Translations under genes and position numbers: made by a program
In this document: positions 18,244 to 26,685 of the stretch, one piece after another
Numbering within the stretch: position 1 is the stretch's first letter
Layout: every line of letters begins with the position of its first letter
From: Bacillota bacterium
Lineage (GTDB): Bacteria > Bacillota > Ch66 > Ch109
Reading direction: 5' to 3'
Assembly (NCBI GenBank): GCA_050952625.1
Contig: JBMNLH010000001.1
Coordinates: forward strand, 32,001-96,000
DNA: 64,000 nucleotides
The notes under the pieces: generated by a model
Seen by the model: only the letters and a program-made list of their open reading frames with translations
What the model was told of the DNA's origin: nothing
Databases searched by the model: none

Positions 18244-20931
18244 TTGACCTTGAGTTTTATTGACCGTTTGCAATTCAACCAGATCCAAGCCGAAGGCAAT
18301 AAACCAATACTGTTAACGGACCAGAAAGTATGGCTTGTTAAAGCCGGCAAGGTAGACCTATTTATTGCCCGAGTAATGAACGACGGGATAACCGGCCGCA
18401 GAGAATACCTGTTTTCGGTTGGACCGGGTGATCTGTTTCTAGGATTATCCCCCCATATTGTGCCGGAAGGAGAATTTGGTCTACTGGCGGTAGGGCATAC
18501 CGGCACTATGTTGCTAGAATGTGATGTGCAGCAATTAGCCGTGATCAAAGATGAGCCGGACAGGCAGGAAATAACCGACCGGCTCAGGCACTGGACCGAA
18601 AAGTGGGAAATAGCCGGGATCAAGGCAGATTATCAATTTGACTGGGCAGCAACCTTGCCATTTGAACAAGTGGCCGTTTTTAATCAATCTGCTTTTACTC
18701 AAGCCCTGGCAATGTTGCTTGCTAAGTATCAGCAAGAAGAATTTAGGTATAAGCTTAAGGATGAAAAAGATCAATCTCATATGAATACTGGGCTGCGCCG
18801 GCTGATGAACACCTTGAATCTTAAAGATCGGGACAGCCTGGGGACTGAAGAGCTGGCGATCAATAACCTGCTCTTTAAAGCGTGTCTGGCGGTGGGTAGA
18901 GCCAAAAAGATTAAGATAGTACCATCCTACGGCCTGAAAAAAAATAGAGCGGATTCAAAAGACCTATTAGGGGATATTGCCCAAGCATCACAAATTAGGA
19001 TCCGGCAAATTATTTTAAAAGATAACTGGTGGAAAGAAGACAATGGAGCCCTGCTGGCCTATAAGGAAGCAGATGGCCAACCAGTAGCCTTGCTGCCTGT
19101 TTCACCAACCAAATATCGTTTATACGACCCGGCTGATGACAGTCAGGTGCTGGTAGATAGCCGAGTGGCGGAGACGATCAAGGCTCAGGCTTATACTTTT
19201 TATCGTCCGTTACCCGCCAAGGCTATTACAATAAAAGACTTGCTCCGGTTTTTAGCGGAGGGCATTTGGAAAGCAGACGCGATGACTGTAGTAGCGATGG
19301 GTATCCTGGGTGGCTTGTTGGGGATGCTTACACCAGTGGTAACCGGGATAATCTTCGACCGGGTAATCCCAGATGGTGAAAGACTGCTATTGACCCAAAT
19401 CGGGTTTTTACTGATGGCAATTGCCCTGACTACCTTTGCCTTTAATCTAACCCGGGGTTTTGCGATGCACCGGATCGAAGGGAAAGCGGAAGCGGACCTG
19501 CAAGCCGCTGTATGGGACCGGTTAATTAGTTTGCCTGTGCCCTTTTTTAAGGACTATACTGCCGGCGAATTAGCCGGTCGGGCAATGGGCATCAGCCAGA
19601 TTAGAAGCATTTTATCCGGTGCAGTGGCCAATACCATGATTTCCGGTATCTTTTCGATATTCTATTTTATTCTGTTGTTTTATTACAGTTGGAAACTAGC
19701 ACTTATTTGTACCCTGATTGTGCTTGTTGTCGTGGCGATATCGCTCCTGTTTGGCTACTTGCAAATCCGCTATGAACGACAATTAGTCGATTTAAACAAC
19801 ATGCTGGCGGGGAAAGTTTTTGGCCTGTTAAGCGGGGTTAGCAAAATAAAAACCTCGGGTGCCGAAAAAAGAGCTTTTAATATTTGGGCGCAGGATTTTG
19901 GTCAAGTCAGAGATATTACCTATCGCAAAGAGAACCTAGGCAATAAAATGGCAGTTTTTAATTCGACGGTCAAGATTATTGCCACGGGGATTATCTTTTT
20001 TGCCATGATGAAAATGCAAGGGATAAACTTGGGTGCTGGCAAATTTATTGCTTTTAACTCAGCATTCGGCAGCTTTTTAGGGGCAATGTTAGAGATATCC
20101 GGCGTTGTCCTGCAGCTCAATGTCATTAAACCGCTATACGAAAGGACCAGGCCGATTTTAGAAGCCTTGCCGGAGTACGATCAGCAAAAAGTTGATCCTG
20201 GTGAAATTGAAGGCAATATCGAAGTTAGTCATGTTAATTTCCGTTATCAGCCCGACGGTCCCTTGATCCTGAATGACGTGGTGCTAGAGATAAAAAAAGG
20301 TGACTATGTGGGTATTGTTGGTCCGTCCGGGAGTGGCAAATCTACCCTGTTTAGATTACTGCTCGGCTTTGAAAAACCAGAATCAGGGCAAATCTATTAT
20401 GATCAGCAGGATTTAGAGAATGTGGATATTCGGGCTATTCGTCGCCAGTTAGGCGTGGTTTTGCAAAACGGACAATTAATGGCCGGCAGCATCTTTGATA
20501 ACATCGTGGCGGCCAACCCCGGCTTAACGCTTAGTGATGCCTGGGAAGCGGCCCGGATGGCCGGAATGGAAGAGGACATTAAAAACATGCCCATGGGCAT
20601 GCACACCATGATCAGTGAAGCTGGCAGCACCCTATCAGGCGGCCAAAAGCAAAGGCTGCTCATTGCCCGAGCCATCATATCTCGACCGAAAATCCTTTAT
20701 TTTGATGAAGCAACTAGTGCCTTGGATAATAAAACCCAAAAGGTAGTCAGCGAGAGCCTGGCTAAATTAGGCGCGACGCGGGTCGTAATTGCTCACCGGT
20801 TAAGCACAATTGTCAATTGCAACAAGATAATTGTGATGGAGCGGGGACGAATAGTAGAGCAGGGGGGCTACCAAGAACTGTATGAAAAGGGCGGCCTTTT
20901 TACGCAGCTAGTTAACCGACAGTTGGCTTAG
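18244..20931 (+). CDS. NHLP export ABC transporter permease/ATPase, second subunit with N-terminal cNMP-binding-like region
   Basis: WLV..GKVDLF N-terminus, AYTFYRPLP, GPSGSGKS, LSGGQKQR, FDEATSALD. Confidence 0.9.
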   Translation: MTLSFIDRLQFNQIQAEGNKPILLTDQKVWLVKAGKVDLFIARVMNDGITGRREYLFSVGPGDLFLGLSPHIVPEGEFGLLAVGHTGTMLLECDVQQLAVIKDEPDRQEITDRLRHWTEKWEIAGIKADYQFDWAATLPFEQVAVFNQSAFTQALAMLLAKYQQEEFRYKLKDEKDQSHMNTGLRRLMNTLNLKDRDSLGTEELAINNLLFKACLAVGRAKKIKIVPSYGLKKNRADSKDLLGDIAQASQIRIRQIILKDNWWKEDNGALLAYKEADGQPVALLPVSPTKYRLYDPADDSQVLVDSRVAETIKAQAYTFYRPLPAKAITIKDLLRFLAEGIWKADAMTVVAMGILGGLLGMLTPVVTGIIFDRVIPDGERLLLTQIGFLLMAIALTTFAFNLTRGFAMHRIEGKAEADLQAAVWDRLISLPVPFFKDYTAGELAGRAMGISQIRSILSGAVANTMISGIFSIFYFILLFYYSWKLALICTLIVLVVVAISLLFGYLQIRYERQLVDLNNMLAGKVFGLLSGVSKIKTSGAEKRAFNIWAQDFGQVRDITYRKENLGNKMAVFNSTVKIIATGIIFFAMMKMQGINLGAGKFIAFNSAFGSFLGAMLEISGVVLQLNVIKPLYERTRPILEALPEYDQQKVDPGEIEGNIEVSHVNFRYQPDGPLILNDVVLEIKKGDYVGIVGPSGSGKSTLFRLLLGFEKPESGQIYYDQQDLENVDIRAIRRQLGVVLQNGQLMAGSIFDNIVAANPGLTLSDAWEAARMAGMEEDIKNMPMGMHTMISEAGSTLSGGQKQRLLIARAIISRPKILYFDEATSALDNKTQKVVSESLAKLGATRVVIAHRLSTIVNCNKIIVMERGRIVEQGGYQELYEKGGLFTQLVNRQLA

Positions 20932-20978
20932 CCCTAAAGACTGTTGGGCGACTTCTTAAGGATTGGGGTGGAATCTGA

Positions 20979-21521
20979 GTGATCGACAGTATTCTAGTGC
21001 CGATGCAGACCGGGCAAACAGATGTTATGTCCGCGGTTTATATCGAATACTATAAAAAGTTATACAAATATATTCTTTATCGCGTCGGCGATCATAACGT
21101 AGCCGAAGATCTGGTTAGTGAAGTATTTGAAAAAATGTTGACTAATTATTCCACCTATGATGATCAAAAGTCCAAATTCAGTACTTGGCTGTTCGCAATT
21201 GCTCATAATACAGTTATTAACTATTACAAAAAAAGCCAACGCAGGTATACTTTGGGATTAATTAACTGTGAAAAAATAGAGTCAAAATACCAATTGGAGG
21301 ACCTGATTATTGATAAAGAATTAAAAGAGACCCTCCTGCGGGCAATCATGGCTCTAGATGAGCGGCAGCAAAATATAATAGCTTTTAAATTTGGGGCTCG
21401 TCTGACCAATCGGGAAATTGCTAAGATCCTGAATTTAACGGAAAGCAATGTTGGAACTATTATATATCGGTCATTAAAACGTTTAAAAGATATCCTGAAG
21501 GAACAAGGGGTCATCTATTAG
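20979..21521 (+). CDS. ECF sigma-70 factor
   Basis: AEDLVSEVFEK, FSTWLFAIAHN, region 4 LTNREIAKILNLTESNVGT. Confidence 0.92.
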   Translation: MIDSILVPMQTGQTDVMSAVYIEYYKKLYKYILYRVGDHNVAEDLVSEVFEKMLTNYSTYDDQKSKFSTWLFAIAHNTVINYYKKSQRRYTLGLINCEKIESKYQLEDLIIDKELKETLLRAIMALDERQQNIIAFKFGARLTNREIAKILNLTESNVGTIIYRSLKRLKDILKEQGVIY

Positions 21522-21548
21522 TCTAACTGGATAAAGAGGTGGTTAAAG

Positions 21549-21845
21549 ATGCTGGAAAACAATGGCTTAGAGGCATTTATTTCAGACCTTGACAAAATCA
21601 TATTCGGGGAGCCGATCGACCCCTCGGAATACGAGCAGTATGATACGGAACACAAAGAATTGCTATACCTGGCCCAGTTGCTGGCGCAGGCAGATTATAC
21701 CCCGGAAACCAGGGGCGCGAGGGAAAGGTTATGGTCAAAGATGCACAAAAACGGGGAACTGGAAGACGATGACCTTGATCTGGTGGCCGGCGGGGTTAAT
21801 TTGCATGAACTGTTTGAAAAAATAATTAAAAGGAAAGATATTTAG
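21549..21845 (+). CDS. putative anti-sigma-like small protein with a double-glycine leader motif
   Basis: Directly after the ECF sigma; contains ELEDDDLDLVAGG followed by a 16-aa tail. Confidence 0.6.
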   Translation: MLENNGLEAFISDLDKIIFGEPIDPSEYEQYDTEHKELLYLAQLLAQADYTPETRGARERLWSKMHKNGELEDDDLDLVAGGVNLHELFEKIIKRKDI

Positions 21846-21967
21846 TTGGGTGTTTTTGCGGCAATGGATTGTTTTATCAGCTGACGGGGTCGATTTGTTA
21901 TCGATAAGAAAAATCTCTGGAAACGCGAGATTAATGTGATACTTGATGGCTTCGGTTGTATTAGTAG

Positions 21968-23041
21968 TTGAAAAAAAATGAGGTATATGCCATGCCCAGT
22001 GCACAGTTATTATTTTTAAAAGACAATCAGTTTAATTATAGTGAAATCTTGGCCTGGGATGATATCCCTCTGCCAGATGAACCGTTTGTCGATGCTTGGC
22101 AAGAGTATATCCAGGATATTGCCCGCCAAGGTGCCTTGGATGCTTTGAGCAAAAGACTGGTTCAACTTCAGTTCCCCATTCAAGCGGGTATGAGCACTAA
22201 TCCCAATTACCTGCTAGCCACGAGAAGAGGTTTACCTACCACTACCATGCCGGAAGCGACCGGCACCCAGTTTGAGGATCCATCCAATTTAAAAGTATAC
22301 CTTCATCAGACTTTAGCCGGGCGAATTCCGGTAATTGAAACGAGCAATAGATCTGATTTTGAAACCCTGGTGCGGGTGTTTTCCCGCCGTAACGAACCGG
22401 TGCCTATCCCAGCCTCAATGGGTGCTTGTATGATTAAGGGCTATAACAATTGGGACCGGGTAGCTAAATACAAACAGCAGCAGGCAGAAAATTTTGATTT
22501 TAATCAAATGAAAGGACAAAAACATCTCTATCAGGACGTATTCTTAATTTTGACGGACAATGGCTATAGCGGGGTGCCGGCAGAAATGTTAGGGTTAGCT
22601 GAGGATGAGTGGCGCAGGCTATCAATGATAATTCGCCGGGAGCACGAAGCAACCCATTATTTTACCCTGCGTTGCCTAGGCTCCGCCAGGAACCATTTAT
22701 TAGATGAATTTATCGCTGATTACATGGGCATTGTTGCTGCCGCCGGCCGATATCGAGCTGATTGGTTTCTCTGCTTTATGGGTCTGGAAAAGTACCCGGC
22801 TTTTCGGTCTGGGGGCCGGCTGACAAATTATCTAAATAACGTCGAGCTATCTGAGCCAGCCTTTGAATTATTAAAAACATATGTGAAGCAGGCGGCGGAG
22901 AATTTAGAAAGAATTGGCCAGAAGTATGATGATCAGGTTTACACGGCGCGAGGAAAATATGAAATGCTCCTACGCTTAACCAAAACAAATTTAATGGAGT
23001 TAGCCGCTGCAGACGCCGAGGAAAGAATTTTTGGTTACTAG
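21968..23041 (+). CDS. HExxH-motif protein (DUF7005-like), putative RiPP modifier
   Basis: AGRIPVI...DFETLV...EPVPIPASMGA...NW and RREHEATHYFT...DEFIAD. Confidence 0.6.
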   Translation: MKKNEVYAMPSAQLLFLKDNQFNYSEILAWDDIPLPDEPFVDAWQEYIQDIARQGALDALSKRLVQLQFPIQAGMSTNPNYLLATRRGLPTTTMPEATGTQFEDPSNLKVYLHQTLAGRIPVIETSNRSDFETLVRVFSRRNEPVPIPASMGACMIKGYNNWDRVAKYKQQQAENFDFNQMKGQKHLYQDVFLILTDNGYSGVPAEMLGLAEDEWRRLSMIIRREHEATHYFTLRCLGSARNHLLDEFIADYMGIVAAAGRYRADWFLCFMGLEKYPAFRSGGRLTNYLNNVELSEPAFELLKTYVKQAAENLERIGQKYDDQVYTARGKYEMLLRLTKTNLMELAAADAEERIFGY

Positions 23042-23272
23042 GGATCAAGTGGGATAAATTCTAGCAAGCGGTTTGCTGGCTAAACATTTGGAAAGGAGGG
23101 GGTAACGCTTCCCAAGTGAAGATTAGACAAAAGTGCAGATAGAATGCGGGACAGATATCGATGCGTGCATTGGTATCTGTCTTGACCAAAAATGATGGGT
23201 GATCCCTTGATTAAGCAGCCCTTAGCTTCTGTCTATTATCGGGAAAAATAATGCTTAATGAGGTAAATTAAC

Positions 23273-24301
23273 ATGGAAGGCAATGTAAAACGGTATCTTG
23301 ACAGCATTGGCCCAAGTTTGCCGGCAGAGATTATTTCTCTGGAAACCAAACGAAAAATTGATAAAATGGCTGTTCTGTTCAGTGATTTTGCCGCCAGCGA
23401 ATATATCATGGAAACCAACCTTAATTCGGCGGTTGCCGAGGCAGATTTTTCGTTTCGGATTCTTACGTCAGAAAAGGACTGTTTAATGAAGGGATTTAAT
23501 AGTTTTAGTATCTCTGGCCTGGCGACTGACGCAACCTGGATGAAGGTGATTGACTTTGTGCACTTCTGGCCACCGGATATCCCGGATATTTGGCTGGAAA
23601 TGGATTACGGAGAGTTTGCCAAGGACGTACCGCAGCCCTGTTTTTTCTTTAACGCTACCCAAATCAAAGAAGGTACCGAAATAAATAACGACCTGTTGCA
23701 TAGTTCATTAAGCCGGTTGCTGGATTCTAGCCAGTTAGCGACAATATGGCCAAACTTGACCGAGATTATTCATCAACTACCGCCAGAAGTTGGTCTATTC
23801 CAAATAGGCACCATGCTCGCCCGCCATCAAGACCGGGTTAGGGTTTTTACCGCTGAACTAACTCAGGAGCAGACGTTAGCCTACCTGGCCAGGATTAATT
23901 GGCCGGGTGATTTTCCAAAACTGGAGCAGTTGTTTAATCTGGTGCATCCCCATAGTGATGGTCAGTATATCGTGGATTTTGATGTAACGAGGCAGGGGAT
24001 ATCGGAAAAAATCGGGATAAATTTTGGCCTGGCCAAAAAACAAGAATTGCCCGCCTTTTTAGCGAATTTAACTCGGCACGGATTATGCAATGAGGTTAAA
24101 CAACAGGGCGTTTTAGCCTGGTCAGGCAGCAAAGGGTGTTTTTTAGGGCCAGCGTATGGTTTCTCGGCTCTGGTAAAAGATATATCTCACTTTAAAATGA
24201 GTCTTATCCCTGAGGAAAGTGTGATGATGAAGGCTTATCTCCGGATAATGGGTATCTACTTAAAAGAATTATTCACAACCAGGACTGCTGGCAAATTGTA
24301 A
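23273..24301 (+). CDS. hypothetical RiPP-associated enzyme, possibly a prenyltransferase-barrel fold
   Basis: DIWLEMDY, QIGTML.R and C-terminal ISHFKM...KAYL; the fold is inference only. Confidence 0.45.
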   Translation: MEGNVKRYLDSIGPSLPAEIISLETKRKIDKMAVLFSDFAASEYIMETNLNSAVAEADFSFRILTSEKDCLMKGFNSFSISGLATDATWMKVIDFVHFWPPDIPDIWLEMDYGEFAKDVPQPCFFFNATQIKEGTEINNDLLHSSLSRLLDSSQLATIWPNLTEIIHQLPPEVGLFQIGTMLARHQDRVRVFTAELTQEQTLAYLARINWPGDFPKLEQLFNLVHPHSDGQYIVDFDVTRQGISEKIGINFGLAKKQELPAFLANLTRHGLCNEVKQQGVLAWSGSKGCFLGPAYGFSALVKDISHFKMSLIPEESVMMKAYLRIMGIYLKELFTTRTAGKL

Positions 24302-24331
24302 TGCTAAGCCAGGGAGGCTAAGATAGCTAAG

Positions 24332-24592
24332 ATGAACCAACCGGCTTATAAAGAAATGCAACAGATTATAAAGCAGGTAGCTCGAGAGGCGATGCTAGAT
24401 AAAAGCTACCGCGAGCTATGTTTAACTGACAGTCGGACCGCCCTCCAAATCATTATCGATAAAACCAATAGCACGATAGAAGTGCCGGACAATATCTTTT
24501 TTCAGGAAGAAGATGGGGAAAGCCTTGACAGTAATGGCATAGTTTACATTTTACCTCCATTTCTTAAACCATCGTGGCTTTTGAATTCATAG
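24332..24592 (+). CDS. NHLP-leader-like small protein lacking GG and core
   Basis: REAMLDKSYRELCLTDSRTAL...VYILPP resembles the NHLP KA..D..FR..LL.DP..AL...lvlP pattern. Confidence 0.5.
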   Translation: MNQPAYKEMQQIIKQVAREAMLDKSYRELCLTDSRTALQIIIDKTNSTIEVPDNIFFQEEDGESLDSNGIVYILPPFLKPSWLLNS

Positions 24593-24799
24593 ATCCAAGA
24601 GTTAGGCAAAGATGGTTCTTAAAAGCAAGGTCCTGGTCCCTTGCTTATAAGAAATAAATCCGGATGCGCTGGTAAACATGTAAAAAGGAGGCGGTATAAC
24701 TTACCGGTAAAGAGTTTAACTCATCGCGAACAAGGTGGTTAGATCTAGGTGCCAATTAAAACTGTTTTAAAATAATTTATTAAATTAAAAGGAGGATGT

Positions 24800-25135
24800 A
24801 TGCTAATGGAGCAAAAATTAATTCAATTACAAGCTAAGTTAGAGGCCGATACCGGTTTATTAGAAAAGTTATTTTCTTTGGAAAGCCCCGTAGAGGTGCA
24901 AAATTTCTTAAAAGATCAAGGTCTGGACTTCACCCTGGAGGAAATCAATGTTGTCAGAGAGGCACTGGTTAAGGTTTTGGAAAAAGGTGGCGGTGAGCTT
25001 TCCGATGAGGATCTAGAGAATGTTGCCGGTGGATCTATAACCGTAGCGGCTGTTGTAGGGATTGTTGGAGCAATTGGTGGGCTTGTTGGTGCCCTAGGAG
25101 GAGTCGTGGACCTAGCAGTTCGATCAAGATGGTAG
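24800..25135 (+). CDS. RiPP precursor 1, Nif11-type leader; core SITVAAVVGIVGAIGGLVGALGGVVDLAVRSRW
   Basis: LEAD..L.EKL...GLDFT.EE...ELSDEDLENVAGG; AGGAGG RBS. Confidence 0.88.
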   Translation: MLMEQKLIQLQAKLEADTGLLEKLFSLESPVEVQNFLKDQGLDFTLEEINVVREALVKVLEKGGGELSDEDLENVAGGSITVAAVVGIVGAIGGLVGALGGVVDLAVRSRW

Positions 25136-25358
25136 AGTTTATGTAATGATCGGTGGAGAAGAGATAGGAGCCCAATAAGCAACTATTTAGAAGCCATGAA
25201 TCAGATGAGTGTATTGAGGTTCATGGCTTTCCTCCAACCTTGTGTTGTTCAAATTAACTTATGCTTGGATGATCCGATTATTTACCCAAAAATAAGTTGA
25301 AACTTAACAATTGTAACGGTAGCAAAAACAATATATTAAAACTAATCAAAGAGGATGT

Positions 25359-25664
25359 TTGACCATAGAAGAAAAATTAACGCAATTAAAAACTAAGCTA
25401 GAGGCGGGATAAGAGCCTGGCAGAAAAGTTATTTGCTCTGGAAACCCCCGAAGAGGTACAAAGTTTCTTAAAAGGTGAAGGTCTGGAATTCAGCCTGGAA
25501 GAAATCAATACTGTAAGAGAGGCACTGGTTAAGTTTTGGAAAAAGGTGGCGGTGAGCTTTCCGAGGCGGATCTAGAAAATGTTGCTGGTGGATCACAACT
25601 ACTGATAAACCCGGATTTGTTAGAGATAAAGATAAATATACCAATACTCCCAACAAGATGGTAG
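25359..25664 (+). pseudogene. RiPP precursor 2, Nif11-type paralogue with two indels; core SQLLINPDLLEIKINIPILPTRW
   Basis: Manual translation is collinear with precursor 1; extra G near 25408 (gcgggataa) and missing G near 25533 (aagttttgg vs aaggttttgg); ELSEADLENVAGG intact. Confidence 0.8.
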
Positions 25665-25690
25665 AGTTTGAAAATTAATCAAAGGGATGC

Positions 25691-25759
25691 TTGACTACGG
25701 AAGAAAGAATAACTCAATTAAAAACCAAGTTCGATGCTAACTTATGCTTAACGGATTAG
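25691..25759 (+). pseudogene. truncated start of a third Nif11-type precursor
   Basis: LTTEERITQLKTKFDA resembles LTIEEKLTQLKTKLEA, then runs into the aacttatgctt repeat. Confidence 0.5.
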
Positions 25760-25790
25760 TAATTCTGATTTTAAATTAGGGGGTTATATT

Positions 25791-26144
25791 ATGGAAGAAA
25801 AAATTTTGTCGACTTTGGAGCTAAACGAAGTGATTGCCCAAAAAGCCAGGGAAAATGAGGAATTTCGCTTGGCTCTCTTAAATGATCCCAAGGCAGCCAT
25901 CGCAAAGGAATTTGGAGTTTTGTTGCCAGATAACACCAAAGTAGAGGTTCACGTGGAAAGCCCGAGAGTATTGCACTTAATAATCCCAGCCGGTAATGCC
26001 GATGAGTTGACTGATGACCAGTTGGAAGACGTTGCGGGCGGGGCACTTACAGATCTGCTGAAACTTATAGATCCTGGGAAAATGGTGATAGTGGCCTATG
26101 GAGTACCGTACCCTGGAGGCTCAGGCTGGAAATGGCCTTTTTAA
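25791..26144 (+). CDS. RiPP precursor 3, NHLP leader; core ALTDLLKLIDPGKMVIVAYGVPYPGGSGWKWPF
   Basis: KARENEEFRLALLNDPKAAI...VHVE...LHLIIP...ELTDDQLEDVAGG. Confidence 0.92.
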   Translation: MEEKILSTLELNEVIAQKARENEEFRLALLNDPKAAIAKEFGVLLPDNTKVEVHVESPRVLHLIIPAGNADELTDDQLEDVAGGALTDLLKLIDPGKMVIVAYGVPYPGGSGWKWPF

Positions 26145-26288
26145 ATTATAAATAAGCCGACTGGGTTATATTTAGAAGCCATGAATCGGGTGAGGTAGTT
26201 CATGACTTTACTCTAATTATGCGTGTTGTTGATGTTAACTTATGCTTAATGGATTAATAATTCTAATTTTAAATTAGGCGGTTATATC

Positions 26289-26666
26289 ATGGAAGAGAAA
26301 ATTTTGTCGACTTTGGAGCTTAACGAACTGATTGTCAAAAAAGCCAGGGAAAATGAGGAATTTCGCTTGGCTCTCTTACATGATCCCAAGTTAGCTATCG
26401 CAAAGGAATTTGGAGTGGTGTTTCCAGATAACACCAAGGTAGAGGTTCACGTGGAAAGCCCGAGAGTATTGCACTTAATAATCCCAGCTGGTAATGCCGA
26501 TGAGTTGACTGATGACCAGTTGGAAGACGTTGCGGGCGGAGCACTTCAAGATCTGGCGAATCTAGATCTGATGAAAAAATATGATGATTTTGGGAGACAA
26601 CAGATGATAATTACCAATTTAGTATCGCACCCTGGAGGCTCAGGGTGGAAATGGCCTTTTAGATAA
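26289..26666 (+). CDS. RiPP precursor 4, NHLP leader; core ALQDLANLDLMKKYDDFGRQQMIITNLVSHPGGSGWKWPFR
   Basis: Leader nearly identical to precursor 3; divergent core with the same C-terminal decapeptide. Confidence 0.92.
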   Translation: MEEKILSTLELNELIVKKARENEEFRLALLHDPKLAIAKEFGVVFPDNTKVEVHVESPRVLHLIIPAGNADELTDDQLEDVAGGALQDLANLDLMKKYDDFGRQQMIITNLVSHPGGSGWKWPFR

Positions 26667-26685
26667 GCGAGTTGGGTTTTAACTC

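Larger units (their letters stand above)
25184..26288. repeat. duplicated intergenic modules between the precursor genes
   Basis: tatttagaagccatgaatc...gttcatg hairpin at ~25184 and ~26169; aacttatgctt at ~25256, ~25739 and ~26237; the ~50 bp upstream of the ATGs at 25791 and 26289 are near-identical. Confidence 0.75.

Noticed and set aside
25468-26046. Minus-strand ORFs over the precursor array
   Set aside because: Shadows of the plus-strand precursors
24800-26666. Lanthipeptide, sactipeptide or azole (YcaO) classification
   Set aside because: The cores of precursors 1-4 lack Cys, and there is no LanM/LanBC or YcaO in the cluster
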